Below, piece by piece: positions 38,582 to 51,512 of a stretch of 64,000 nucleotides of DNA (position 1 is its first letter; each line of letters begins with the position of its first letter). Under the pieces are notes generated by a model. The model had not been told where the DNA came from. It worked only from the letters and a program-made list of their open reading frames with translations, and searched no databases. The stretch spans positions 91,008 through 155,007 of the forward strand of contig JAAOMT010000603.1 in NCBI GenBank assembly GCA_016748015.1, written 5' to 3'. This DNA is from Geosiphon pyriformis uo1 (lineage: Eukaryota; Fungi; Glomeromycota). The position numbers were made by a program, and so were the translations under genes.

Positions 38582-39405
38582 TATTACAAATGATTATTTG
38601 GAGTCTCAAATCAAATAACAAATCTGTAACTTGGTGCTTAGTGACTAATCTGGTGGATGGTATTGGTAATGTTGGTATGTTATTATTATCTGAAAGTTTT
38701 GTTGTGGAGTCTTTTGTATAATGAACAGAGATTTAATTAATGGTTTTATTCATAGCTTCTCGAAACTGCAGTTTTGTCAAATTTTTTTCTTAACATGGTG
38801 GCCAGTAATCTTTCTGATAAGCTATTCTTAAATCTATGAGTGTTCTACTCTTGTTTTACAGGTCTTTTACCAGTTCCTATGATGTCTGTATCTTAGCACT
38901 TAATTTTTAATCAATTTAGTAAAACCAAAGAAATAATAAAAAAAATAAAAGAAAATACAAGAAGATAAAGAAATGAGTAAAAACAATTACAAGTTAGTAT
39001 CCCATCAATAGCCATGATTAAGAACTATTGTTTCAGTACAGTTTAAGTATTACTTACTATCAACATAAAGTGTTGATAGTGAAGAGTGGAATTAAGATAG
39101 AAAATAATTATTTATTTATATTTGTGAATTAAAAAGTCGCTTAGATAAAATCTAAACTGAGAGGTCTGTCCTTTCTACTTCTAATGCTACCACTATATAT
39201 ACATAATTGAGATTCCTTAATTCCTCAATTCTTCACACCAGGAATCCTGGAATTCTGAAATCCTGTAATTTTTTGTACAAGAATCCTGAAATTCCTGGAA
39301 TCCTGCAATTCTTCTAGGAGGAATTTTAGAATTCCATATTTACTATGGCTACTTCCGATTGGCTAATTTATATGCTAATATACTTCCTATATTTTATGAG
39401 TAACA
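38582..39405 (-). repeat. 5' LTR of element C (824 bp)
   Basis: Adjacent PBS TGGTGCTTCTTGTGAGG, and TSD ATGC. Confidence 0.95.
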
Positions 39406-39409
39406 ATGC

Positions 39410-41145
39410 TTTGGAAAAGGGTCATGAAATTTGGCTGGTCTTACAAGATATGTGCAAAACATATGATTTTGTTAGTTGGCATCATTTGAAATTGAGCTTG
39501 AAGTGTATCAAAATGTGTAGTAGATTCATAAAATTTTTTGGTAATATCCATGAAAACAGATACAACAGGATAATAATTGACTTTGGTTTCTCAGATGGCT
39601 ATGTAGTCTATAATGGTTTGGATCAGAGAAAAGTCTTCTTTCTGCTTCTTTGAAGAATTTTTTATGACTTTTTGTTGTGTGAGGTTAAGAGACAAAAACA
39701 TTTGTGTAGTTATAGAATCAATTCAAATTTTGTAGCAAAAACTGGCAGGATAGAGACTAGTGATAATAAATCTTTTTTTTTTACAGCTGGTGTTTTTGTG
39801 AATGATACAATTTGAATTGAAAATGGTCAAGCTTTAACACAATACATTTTAGACATTGCAAGTGAGTTTTTTGAGATTAATGATATTTCTATCAACAATA
39901 ACAAAACTGTGGCTATTTTTATTAACCAGAGAGTAGTAGATGTTTCTTTGAGCATTAGTGGTAGACTCATATCTGTAGCAAAAAAAAATGAGTTTCACAG
40001 GTACTTAGGCATATTTTTGTCTATAGAGGGTTTGTCTAAATCTAATCTCACCAAGGCCCAAGTGGATGTCAGATTATTTTCGAATATGGTTCTCAAAAAA
40101 GCAATATCTGATAAGCAGTTCTCATATTTGGTCTTGGCAGTTCTCCAGTCTATAATTAGTTGTTATATGCAGTTCAGTTTTATTGCTAAGAATGTGTATT
40201 AAAAGTAGAACATTTTGATCAAAAGAGGACTTAGATTTAAGATTATGTTACCAAGAGATTTTCCCAATAAGGTCTTATATCATTTGTTTTTATATAGTCT
40301 AAAATCATTTAAACAAGTACAGGCTGAGGCCAAAGTTGTTTCAGTGATTAGTTTCTTTAATGCGTCTGAAATTCTAAGTTGTTTGTTTGAACACCATGCT
40401 TTGGATTTACAGGTTTTGGAATGGACACCTCTTTATTCTTTGAGTCATTCTGTTAAGTTAAGAGTTTGTCCATCAGATAACTTCTTGGCTGGCATTATAA
40501 GAATTTTTGTTGATGTTAATGTTTTTTTGTCCAATAATATACCCAATGCTTTTCATTGCCCCAGTTATGCCCTGATGTCTGAGATTCTAAGATCTACCTC
40601 TTATTTTGATGTGATACATTTTTTGAAACATTTTGGTGTTGTCTTTGGTGACATTTTGGTTAACAAACATAGTCATGTGATGGATTGAAGAACTTTTCAG
40701 CATTGGGAAAAATTGAGTCCTAAGAGTCTGATGCTAACTTGGTCAATAAGATCTTTGCATATATGTCTGATCATTTGTCAAGGCCTGGTGGAGATGTGGC
40801 TGTTGTAGACTATTCCAACTTTCTTTGTTTGTCTGACTTTTTGAGTGCTCACAAACATTTGCACAAGGTTTGGGCTGGAGAGCTGTCCATCATTTGGCTG
40901 AGGACTATTACAGTAGAGCATGGTTGTTGAGATCTAAATTTCATATTGATATGAAGAAGAGTGGTTTAGTTTGTGATACTGGTGCTATTTTTGCTTCTTT
41001 GTATGGTTTGTTCTGTTAGCTGTCTGAAGGTGCAGTTCACATGCTTGGTATCATTAAGTTATTTGCTGTTAGCTTTGGTTCAAGAAAGCATTATTTGTTT
41101 TTTTTTGGTTTGGATACTGGTTTGGGAGTTTTTGTAAGTATGTAG
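39410..41145 (+). pseudogene. LINE ORF2 3' part (RT core; RNase H region apparently deleted)
   Basis: QDMCKTYD, GLDQRKV, decayed FVDD as GVFVNDT (about 39790), RYLGIFL. Jumps to the C-terminus near 40890, where the copy at 63800 has YTD RNase H. Confidence 0.85.
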
Positions 41146-41254
41146 TACTGCCTTAATGGGCCTGAGTGGCTGGTCACATGTAGTAAGCACATAAGCCATG
41201 TTTAGTTTGATTCATTTTGCTTTGTTTTTGTGTACTAGATAGTGGTTAGGCTGC

Positions 41255-41327
41255 TGTTACCAGTAGAATTTTAGTTATTAATTAGCATAAAATTACTCTC
41301 ATAATTCCTATTATTAATTAGCATATA
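41255..41327 (+). repeat. 5' fragment of an element-A-family LTR, truncated by pogo insertion
   Basis: Reverse complement of about 7040-7111 (TGTTACCAGTAGAATT...). Confidence 0.85.
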
Positions 41328-41468
41328 CAGTGAACTCTCTTTATAATCATACCTTTTGGTCAACACATTTGTGGTGACTATAGAGAGATGGGACTATAAA
41401 AAATAATCAATATCTTATCACATGATCTATATATTACATGCATAATATAATAACCAATTATATATATT

Positions 41469-43028
41469 TTATTTAAAAAAGCTATCTATTTGCAACTGTT
41501 TTTTTTCTTCTTGAACTTTGAGAACAGTATTATGAATTAATGTTCTCAAAGTTTTAAAAAAGTCTGAATCAACTTTTTCACTATACTGCTCTTCACAATA
41601 GCACAATGTATCTTTAAGTGCAATTTTACTTTGATGTGTAAATAGCAAAGGCAAAGGTTCATCTTTATTTTTACTTTCTAAATCTTCATTTGTATTAGAA
41701 TTTCCACTATACTTGTTATTAATAAGATCCACAATTTCATCCTCTGAGACATAAGTGAATAATGATTCAAACTTGTCAATATTAATGAAGTCTATTGCCA
41801 ATAGCTTATCAATATCAACATGTTCAATAAGAACTTGTACTTCTTGTAGAAGTTCTTGTTTAATATCTAATGGATGGGCTGGCATTTAACTATTATTTAA
41901 AATTTCCATATGATGCCAACAGTTTTGGATTGTAAATGTTGTTATCACTGACCACGCATCAATTAGAAAATCAACCACATCCTTTAATATTACTGTTAAT
42001 ATTGGAATCTTGCCATTATACTGATTAATAAGATGGAAAAGAAACAACTTTTGGTATTGTGTCTTAAAAGATGCAATAATTCCTGTATCTAATAATTGCA
42101 AATGAGATGTTGTATTGGATGGTAGATATCTAATCATAATATTAGATAATATAAAAGATTCTCTATCATGGAGACCAGCATTATCAAGCAATAGTAAAAT
42201 CTTTTTTTTTTTGCAATGCATTTTTTCATTTAATAAATTAAGCCATTTATTAAAAATATTGGTTTGCATCCATGCTTTTGTATTGTAATAATAAGTGATT
42301 GGAAGTGCATTCATATTAATATTACAAAAACATTGTGGTTTTGCAGCTTTGCTGATAATTAAAGGCTGCAACTTGATGCTGCCTGTTGTATTACAAGCAA
42401 GAAATATGATAATTCAACTCTTATCATGCTTGGTACCAGAGGTAGATCTTGTTACCAAAGTTGCATTTAGTGACATTCTAAAGAATAATGCTGTTTCATT
42501 AGCATTGTAAACATCATTTAAATCATATTTGCTAATAATCTCATGCAGTTTCTCTTGTTTCTCTGGTAAAATTTTCAAGAGAGCACTGTTTGCTTCACCA
42601 TGTATCTTAATGTGGTGCAAATTATGACGTTTTTTGAACTTTTCTAACCAACCATCTGATGTTTTAAAGTTATTTTTTTCTGGAAACTTTTCAGCAAACT
42701 TGAGGGCTTTTGTTTGTAAAAATTTTTTAGTAAGAATGCAATTGGTAGCTAGTGCTCTAAGCATTCATTCTCCCAATGCATCATTTATCTTCAGAAACAT
42801 CTCTTTCTTGTCTTTTGTCAATTGACCAGAGTTGTCAGATATATTCTTTTTAATCCATCAGTCTGATTTTGCAAGTATCTTTGTTACAGTAGAGTGGTCG
42901 ATCTTTAAATTAAATATTTTGATAAGTCTATTTGCCAAGTAGTTAGGATGCTTTAGTTTATATTGGCAGAGAGTTTTTTTAGTCTCCAAGAAGATTACTG
43001 CTTGCTTTTGGTTCGCATTTTTTGGCAT
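41469..43028 (-). pseudogene. pogo transposase (CENP-B HTH + DDE_1), disrupted
   Basis: FKTSDGWLEKFKKRH, YNANETALF (D->N), KAWMQ, LLLDNAGLH, LPSNTTSHLQLLDTGII (31-residue D-D spacing), QLQIDSFFK tail. Confidence 0.92.
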
Positions 43029-43539
43029 GTTAATAAGAACACACTTTTTATTGCATTTTGTTTTTATAATACATTAATGTATCTGTTATGTCTCAAACAT
43101 TATTTTGTCTTATATCTAATTGGACATGTGAGGTGTCTTATGTCATATGAGGTGCCTCAGATTATAAAAAGCAGCCAAATTATAAAAATAAAGGTTTTAA
43201 TCCAACTGTAGGATTCTAAGTGCAAATGACAGATTCTTGGTAAAAAAAAACCTAATTTTGATAATGCATCTGTAACACTTTTTGTCTCTTACCTCCAACT
43301 AATGATCAATAATGAAGACTGTCAATTTGATCCTCCACATACTTACATAATTGCATAGAAGATAGCACAATATTATGTTGTCAAGCCCTCCAAACACAGC
43401 AATGCCTATATTAATTGGAATATCAATATAAAATACTTTGCACAATGTTAGAGATATTAGAGTGAAAGTCAACTGCAGTTTTTTAAAAAATATTCTGATC
43501 ATTATAAGTCATAAGATTCAATATGTAATATATATAGGC

Positions 43540-44480
43540 ATGCAATGACTTCCAAATTAATGTGGCTATATATTGTTTCTAAGGAAAATTTATCTGTTGA
43601 AGGTTACTTAGAATGGGCCCAAAATGAAACAGATCTTACATTTAAGTTAAAGTATGAACAAGTCTTTTTTTATTTACAAGCAATTATTAACTTTTGCATT
43701 GGAGTTTGTTTCAATAAGTCTTCATTAAGACTTGTGACTAGACGAATGTTTGCACCAATTTGGTTTGCTCGGCACCATTCTATTTACTAATTAATTGAAA
43801 TTGCTGATGAAAAATAATGGCTACAATTGAAGCCTGAAGTTTGCAAGCTGATTCAAGAAAAAATTGTAATTTCTTGATCTAAACTTTCAAATCAACATCA
43901 AGGCCATGATGCAATACTTAAAGAAATTAACAAAATGCTCAAATCATTGATTTCTTCTACATTTTTACAATGGCATTGGGAAATTGTAGCATGTAATTAT
44001 ATTAAATTTAAGAGATTGTATACTAATCTTTTTAATGTCATCGGATATTCTAAAAGTAAAATATATAGGTCTCATACATGTCCTAGCTTTATTGCTGAAT
44101 CAAATTGATTTCGAGTTCAGATAAAAAAGACACAGTTTGTAAATCCAAATGTCTCTAATTATGTTTTTTGTAATATTGGCCATGAATAGATATTAAGCAA
44201 AGAAATGAAAAAATTCAGTAAAATTGTACGGATAAAAAGAATAGACTTTCTTAAAGCAAGATAAATTAAGAAAACATTGTTAGGTACTTGGAAACCAATT
44301 CCAGTAACAAATGAAAAAGCAGATCATCAAAAAATGTAAATCTGTTAATAAAATCACAACTATTACCTATTATTAACTTTCTAATACCTCTTTTAAATGA
44401 TCATGTTTTCAAAGCTTATCAAGTTAATCATGTAACAGCCTAATAAATATCCTTCAAGAAGTTAGAAATATATTGTATTG
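43540..44480 (+). pseudogene. Cargo pseudogene fragment of unknown (probably transposon-derived) protein inside pogo
   Basis: Protein-like frame read through stops: ...FAPIWFARHHSIY*LIEIADE...QHQGHDAILKEINKMLKSLI... Confidence 0.5.
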
Positions 44481-45594
44481 TGTACAGTTTTGTTTATCTT
44501 GGGTTGGGTGCATTACCATTTATAATTGGCATTTTTAAAACATGATATATTGAATCTAGGTCTGAATTTCCATTCTGCATGATTATGTTTGGATTATAAA
44601 ATGCATTCAACATGGATTTATTTGTCCCAAAAAAGTTGATTTTTAATATATCTTTAAAACTATCAGTCAAACTTTTGCTTACTAATACTAAATATTGGTC
44701 AAATAATGAATATGATTGCCAGTATAGAGCTCTTTTTTAATCATGAATGTCAAAGTTGGTGTGAAAATGTATTTATTGGGTATATATCAGAATCCTCATG
44801 CTCTGAGTTTTATTACTGGTCACATTTCTTTTCTTAAGAAAAGGTAAATTCGAACTCTGCTCTCAGTTGATTTGCTTAAACAATGTCCTATTAACAAACT
44901 TGTTCTTAGAGAATTCCATTGGGCCATTATTTTCACTTGTAGATCTGTTAATTTCTTCTTCCAATATGGAGAAAAAGTAATTTTATTAGCCAAAGTTTGA
45001 TCCAGAATAACTTCTTTAATACTCACAGCAACAGCTTCCAAAATACTACCAGTCTCTAAAGCACTACTAGTCTCCAAAACACCAAGAGCAGCAATACTGT
45101 ATCATATGTTAACTATTATTAAAACTTTCATAATACTCATAAACAACAAGCCAGATATAATAGTTTCATCATTGTTTTCTAATGACAGTGGCAGCTTATA
45201 AAGAAGAAAAATAATTAAATGTTGTAATATTTGAGAAATTTTGTTTAGTGTTCTATAATTATTTTCAGAAACTTCTCTAATTTTTTTTACTATCATAAAA
45301 AAAATGATTTCTATTGACAAATCGAGAAATCTTCTTGACTGTACATGTCCAATTAAATATGAGATAACATCTGATGTTTATATCTAATATTATATAATTA
45401 TAGTGTGACTATAGAGAGTGGAAATTACTTATATTCTGCTATCATATTTGTGAGGATAGGGACTATAAGGAAATATATATAGTAAAAGTAACTATAAGGA
45501 GATATTATATATAAATGGTTTTGGTTTTTAAAAAAATGTGATTATAAGAAGATAGTAATTATAATTAGAGGGACTATAAAGAGAGTTCACTGTA

Positions 45595-46560
45595 TTTATT
45601 AATAAAAAAATTTTTAAATAACAGTAAAATTCTTTTTTTTTAAGTAAATTACTAATTGATAATAAAAAAACACCAATTTTGTGATTAATAAAAATTACTA
45701 CTATTTTGTTATAATTAATCAAAATATTATTAACACAAAAAAACTCATTTATAATATCCAAAATATATTAAATTACAAATTAGTTGTTATTTATTCAAAT
45801 TGTATTATTTATAAAAACACTAACAATAAAAAAAATATTATATTGGTCTAATTTTTAACTTGTTTTATTTTAACAATAAACTTAATATTAATCTTATAAC
45901 TATACAATTTTTTTTGTCTTTTAATTTTACACAATAGCAAATTATAAAATATTTGTTAAAAAAAAACAAACATATTGTTTTAATTCAATTTATTATATAT
46001 ATAATATCTATTTATTAAGCTAAAATTTGTTATTATCTAATTAACTTGGCCATTATAAATCTTTCTAAAAAATCTAAAAAATCTGTTACATATTTTAATC
46101 TAAACCAAATTGGTTTTCAGATAATATTAACTTATTAAGTTATATGCTTTATACATGTTTTGTAATACTAGCCAAAATTTATGGTTCTTCTTTAGAATTT
46201 TTTTTACCACTAAACCAATTGTAAAAATTGGAAATTGTGTCATGATATTTTTTAAAACTGAAAAATTATTTCTATAAAGAATTAATAATTTTAATTAAAA
46301 GTAAAATATTTTTATTTATTTTTTTAGTGTTATTAACATATAATCATTAAAACAAAACATAACCAAATTATATTATTAATTAATTTTTTAAAGAACAAAA
46401 AAATAATAAATTTAAACACTATTACTAAAAATCAATTTTAAACTTTTAATTCCAAATTGAGTACACAAAATTTTTTATATTAAAATAATAAACCATTTTA
46501 TAAATTAAAAAAAACTTATTTGTAAACAAAAACACAAAAACTTTTTATTTTTATTTTTTA
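45595..46560 (-). mobile_element. Highly eroded LINE RT fragment
   Basis: DIINEFFCVNNILINYNKIVVIFIN...YLKIFL aligns with LINE ORF2 DIASEFFEINDISINNNKTVAIFIN...YLGIFL. Confidence 0.75.
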
Positions 46561-46891
46561 TTACAAGTTTTTTTCCTTGCAATCCAACCACCAACTATTA
46601 AATTAAATATGTTTAAAAAAACCACAATTTGCAAAATTCAATAACAATTTTTAATTTCAATTCAATTCCCGCCGCATCTTCTCAAGTTCTTTACCCAAAG
46701 TCTAAAAAATCACCTGAGAATATTTTCTATTTAATATTTCTTCAACTCGCGTTACTATATCACCAGCAGTTCCATTTTAAGAGTTTTATCCCTTGACTCA
46801 TTCTCACTCGAGGCATCGCTAAAACTAGATTAATAAAAAAACTTTTCATTACTTGAGATTTAAACACTTACATCCAAGGACCTTTCTCGAT

Positions 46892-48552
46892 ATGTCAATA
46901 TACAACGGTAACTCTCCATCCAACGGCAACACCCCTCAAAATTTCACACCCGACTTAAGCGGGGGTAACTACAGTTCCTTAACCCGAAATGCACAATATT
47001 ATTTTTCTTGCGCCGAAGTTGAACAGCATTTAAACGACTCGCGGGGACGTGGGGATGTCGCCATAAATAAAGAACACGCGATCCGCTCGCAATACATTGA
47101 TTTCATCGAAGCCGCTGGAAAGAAGCTTGGTCTGTACGTTTCTTGATAGGAATAATTGAGGTCGAAAAATATATTGAAATGAAATTAACTTTTTCCTGAA
47201 AAATAGGCCCCAGTTAACCATCAATACGGCCCAAGTTTTATACCAACGTTTCTTCATATTTCATTCAATGAAAGATTATCCTACGCAGTCGGGTGATCAA
47301 AAAGTTCCTGATCAAAAGGTCGTAATTCATAAATGCCTTACCACATTTCAATTTCCCTGACTTACACTTTTTATCTTAGGATGTTTGTGCCACCTGCATC
47401 TTTGTCGCCTCGAAAATCGACGAAACATATAAAAAGCACAAAGAAATTGTGATCGCGGTCAACACTCTAAGTCAAGGTCGAAGTCCTGAAAATAATGGAG
47501 ATGGCCAAGTAAGAACGGGATTTATCTTCAGGACCATTTCTATTAGTGAGTTCTTTAAATTCAAATTCTCTTATTTAGTGGTTTGAGGACCAAAGGCGTA
47601 AGATTGTTAGCCTAGAAAGATTGGTTTTGGAGACCATGTGTTTTAACTTTCAAATAAAGCACCCGTTCAAGCATTTGGTTCTTTTCACAAAAAAGCTCAA
47701 AGGTCAGCATGACGGCTTTACAAGTTAAAATTGAAAGTTTTAATCTTGATTTTAAACCAAGATTACAACTACTCGCAACCGAAAACAGGCGACCATGATC
47801 TTGCCGAAAAGGCCTGGAAAATTGCACGTGACAGGTTTGGTTCCTTTCAAAGATTCTTATAACTAAAATTGCTACCACATTGTACAAGCATTTTATCTGC
47901 AGTTATAAGACGACGGCCTGCCTCAGATTCCCCGCCCATACAATCGCCGCCGCCTCAATCTATCTAGCAGCAAACATTCTAGGGCAAAAAGATTTTCCGA
48001 GTACCAACAGCAAAGGGGTACCATGGTACAAGATTTGCATGTCGAGGATCGAAGATGTGGAAGGTAGCTTCTCCTTTTTAGCATTTCATATAGGCTCAAA
48101 GTGCCGAATTTAGCGTAATTCTTTCACATTATATAGAGATATGCCATCTTATCCTCGATCATTACATCCAGGGGGCAAAGAAACCGAATGATCCAGTTAA
48201 ACAACAATACACAACAATTAAGATTGCTTTAAATCGATTAGCAGCAGAGCGAACTGTTAAAGGTGCTGCCGAACAAAGGGATCTTACCCCTTTCCAATCA
48301 GGTAAGTTACCATATTTTAGCCAGATGAATTGGTGTGGTTAACCAGGTTTAATGGGTGTGATAAGGACAATTAAAAGTTTGATGGGTGAAACCACGAGGA
48401 CTAGAGTTTTGAATGAAAGATGGTATTAAAACTCTTTCCCTCATGTCTTTCGAAATACTATAGGCCAAGGAGCTCGTGTCTCAATCCATGGCATTGAGAA
48501 ATATCACACAGTGAGATATCGTTTCCCTGAAGCAGGTCCTTTAAATTTTTGA
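46892..48552 (+). CDS. Transcriptional cyclin (cyclin K/T family; Ctk2/Lsc1-like CTD kinase beta subunit), 8 exons
   Basis: Exons 46892-47133, 47207-47318, 47380-47508, 47579-47702, 47789-47834, 47903-48063, 48137-48301, 48464-48552 with GT-AG introns in frame. Motifs TINTAQVLYQRFF, CIFVASKIDET, LERLVLETMCFNF..HP, AW.IARDSY. Confidence 0.88.
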
Positions 48553-48803
48553 TGTAAGAAATATATTATTTATAGAAATTAGGTTTTTCTATCTCAAGTA
48601 TTCTAATTATTAATTTCGTTTGCACGCAACAATATCTCAGCGTCGGATGACTTTTAGATGCCTAATTAAGTCGCTAAAGTCCTTTCTCAACATAAAGCAC
48701 ACAATTAAGCCTAAATTTTTCTCCAAATCAATAATCAAAAAAAAAGTTATTGTTTTTGACGCTGAATCAAATATGGCTTGAAATGTTTCTTGAACTTTGA
48801 GAA

Positions 48804-49616
48804 TTATCTTTTCTCTTCTTCTATTCCATCACTATATCTTCCAATAGAATCAATTGCTGCTATAAATCGTTTGCTTACAATTGACTTTGATCCGTCGATA
48901 TTATAAAAAGGATTACACACTTGATTAATGTATACCGTGTGTATTTTGTAGAAAATCTACATAAAAAATGCCGTTAGATGGATCTGCGGATTAAAAAGTT
49001 ATTTCACAATTGAAAAAAGTACAATTACAATTTTCATGTCCAAATCTTTAATGATCGCATCAGGTACCGCAAGGACCACAATGAACTTCACCCGTGTATT
49101 GGTCAAATAACCATAACTATGCAAAAAAATGTAGTTAAAAATAGTTATTGACGCAAACAGGTTGGCACGGTTCGACTAAAAAAAGCTTACACTGCCAGAT
49201 CTTCCATAGCATAAAGTAGACCAAGGTAAGCATCGGTCGTTTTCGGCCCAGCATTAACTAAATTATAAGGGATAAATATAACGATGAGAGGTTTCACTTT
49301 ATAGATCCAGATTGGATCAAGGTTAAACAAAGAATCTACATAATTATGAAATCTGACCTCGTTCCTCTATCACATCACACGATGTGTGGGCAATGTAATG
49401 ATATTTCAGATCGGAATGGATGGTGCTAAAGTTTCGTACATATATGGGGTTATTCTAAATCGAAAAAGAAATCAAAGAACAAATCAGATATGAATCAAGT
49501 TTATATTGTATGGCTAATAATTCTTCGAATTGGACTAAACGGTATATTACCTGCTTCCCAATGACGGCAATGCATTGAACTTTGATGTTTGTTCTTGTGT
49601 TGGTTATAGTTGTCAT
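48804..49616 (-). CDS. TRAPPC2L: Trafficking protein particle complex subunit 2-like (sedlin family), 5 exons
   Basis: Exons 49616-49551, 49454-49358, 49257-49191, 49116-49029, 48956-48804. Reads CIAVIGKQNNPIYVR, HYIAHTSCDVIEER, YLGLLYAMEDLAVYGYLTNTRVKFI, YINQVCNPFY. Not in the ORF track. Confidence 0.92.
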
Positions 49617-49754
49617 CTTATTAGATTTTAACCTTTATAGAAATTTGGATATAAATTATGTAAATTTCGATTTATTATTCTGCGTGATTACGTCAGATCA
49701 TATCCTGTGTTTAGATAGGAAATGATCTAATTTTTCCACTTGCCTTTCTTCACT
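49617..49754. promoter_or_regulatory. Short divergent intergenic region with CRE-like TTACGTCA (49688-49695)
   Basis: The ATGs of TRAPPC2L and the carrier are head-to-head, 138 bp apart, with an ATF/CREB-like octamer near the centre. Confidence 0.45.
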
Positions 49755-51313
49755 ATGGATTTCACCTCTCCAGAACAAAAAGTTACTGCTCTACCTCCAT
49801 TGAGCTTGAATCCCCAAGAAATGAAATCAAAAATTACTTCTGAAGCACCTGCGACCTCAACTCATTCTCTTGGGCGTAGAAAGACCGACGGCCTAAAGGA
49901 TGTGGTCTTTGGCTCGGTGAGTTTATTTTTAAATGTTCCCTCTCTTCTCACGTTTGAACCAGAGTTTATGAATGTATTATATTTTTCAGGATGCCTTTCT
50001 ATTGAAACATGACCATTTCGTTTTTCAGAATATCCTTTGCAAAGCATACACGTAATACAACAATTTTGACAAGCTATCTCGCGATTTGGTTTAAAACAAT
50101 ATATCCAGATCGCCGGAATGACAGGGAAATTGGTCGAGTACCCTTTTGATACGATCAAGGTCCGATTGCAATCTCAATCTCCTGAACAGCCTACTTTCAA
50201 AGGTCCGTTAGATTGCTTCCGACAAACTTTACAGCATGAAGGATTTTTGGGATTATACAGGGTTTGTGCCTTTAACATTTGGATTTCTTTGTTAGATATC
50301 CGCTTCCAGGTTGGGGATAGGGTAAATTTCTAACGAGAAATTTTATATAAAGGGTCTTTCATCACCAATGGTTGGCGCCATGCTAGAAAACGCAATGCTA
50401 TTTGTAGCATACAATCATATACAAATGTTAATTCATGAATACACGAATCCACATTATGATCGTCAAAAACCATATGAAAAGGATTCGGAAAAACCCTCTC
50501 TTGAATTATACCAACTTTGCATAGCCGGTGGATTAGCTGGAGGATTAGCATCGTTGTTACTGACACCAATTGAACTCGTCAAGTGTAAATTACAAGTTCA
50601 AGAAACGTTAAATTACAATGCCAATAATATTGAGGCCAAATCGACTTTTAGTCACAGTGAACCTGTTCATACGACTGGCGGTAGTGGTATTTATAATAGT
50701 GCAAAGCCTGGGATTTATTTGTCGGCAGCAAAAAATCCCAATTTCAATGGTCCCTATTCTGTAATCAAACACACATTCAAAAATAATGGTGTAGTGGGTT
50801 TCTTTAGAGGACTCTTTCCTACACTGGTTCGTGAATCCATTGGAGGTTCTGTATGGTTTGGAACATACGAATATATCACCCGATTATTTATTCAACAAAA
50901 ACAGAACAATTTGGGTTCTAACGTAGTGGTGACAAAGTCGGACCTTAATCCTATGCAATTAATGACCGCTGGTGCTTTTGCGGGAATGGGCTATAACTTT
51001 TCAGCCTTCCCTGCCGACTCGATCAAGAGTGTCATGCAAACCGAGGAAGAAATGATGCTAGCTGCTGCGCAGCGAGTCAATAAACGTTCTTTCTTTCAAA
51101 TCGGAAGAGATTTATATAAAGCAGATGGAATTCGTGTTTTCTATCGAGGATGCGGAATAACTGTCGCCAGAGCAGCGCCTTCTAGTGGCATCATTTTTAT
51201 GACATATGTAGGTCACTATTTTATCTTGGGATCTGACAATATTGTGTATTTTGCCAAGTCTAATTCTTTATTATATCTCTGTCTAGGAATCTTTATCTCG
51301 GCGCTTTTCATGA
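49755..51313 (+). CDS. Mitochondrial carrier (SLC25), ornithine/amino-acid carrier ORT1/arg-13-like, 4 exons
   Basis: Exons 49755-49916, 50109-50261, 50353-51207, 51287-51313. Three Px[DE]xxK repeats ([30 protein letters not shown]), plus GAMLENA and RES contact residues. Confidence 0.9.
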
Positions 51314-51512
51314 AATAGTTAAAGAATTCCCCTGGCGGATTTTGTATAATTTATCATGGAATTTATTAACAATTTGACCAGCAAAAATAAATCACGTGCT
51401 TCTAATGATGCCTCCTCGATAAAAATATTTGCTTAATAATGATCAGTTACTTAGTAATTACTTACCAGACTCAAATAAATACCCCACCTTTTTCCTGAGC
51501 TAACTTCTCAAA

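Larger units (their letters stand above)
19235..39405 (-). mobile_element. Full-length Gypsy element C (about 10 kb without nested D), TSD ATGC
   Basis: LTRs 19235-20090 and 38582-39405. ATGC at 19231-19234 and 39406-39409. PBS at about 38563-38579, PPT at 20091-20106. gag-PR-Cys-dUTPase-RT-RH-IN-ORF3. Confidence 0.96.
15410..41254 (+). mobile_element. LINE (non-LTR retrotransposon), split by nested Gypsy C (19235-39405)
   Basis: ORF1 at about 15460-17317, ORF2 at about 17320-19234 plus 39410-41145. Joining across TSD ATGC restores VIEDALEKGHEIWLVLQDM.K.YD. Confidence 0.92.
41328..45592 (-). mobile_element. pogo/Tigger-type (Tc1/mariner superfamily) DNA transposon, 4265 bp
   Basis: TIR CAGTGAACTCTCTTTATA(A/G)TC at both ends, TA on both flanks (41326-7, 45593-4), subterminal GACTATA repeats. 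Confidence 0.9.

Noticed and set aside
1-46600. Numerous short antisense ORFs in the ORF track
   Set aside because: They are opposite-strand or off-frame by-products of decayed TE coding sequence.
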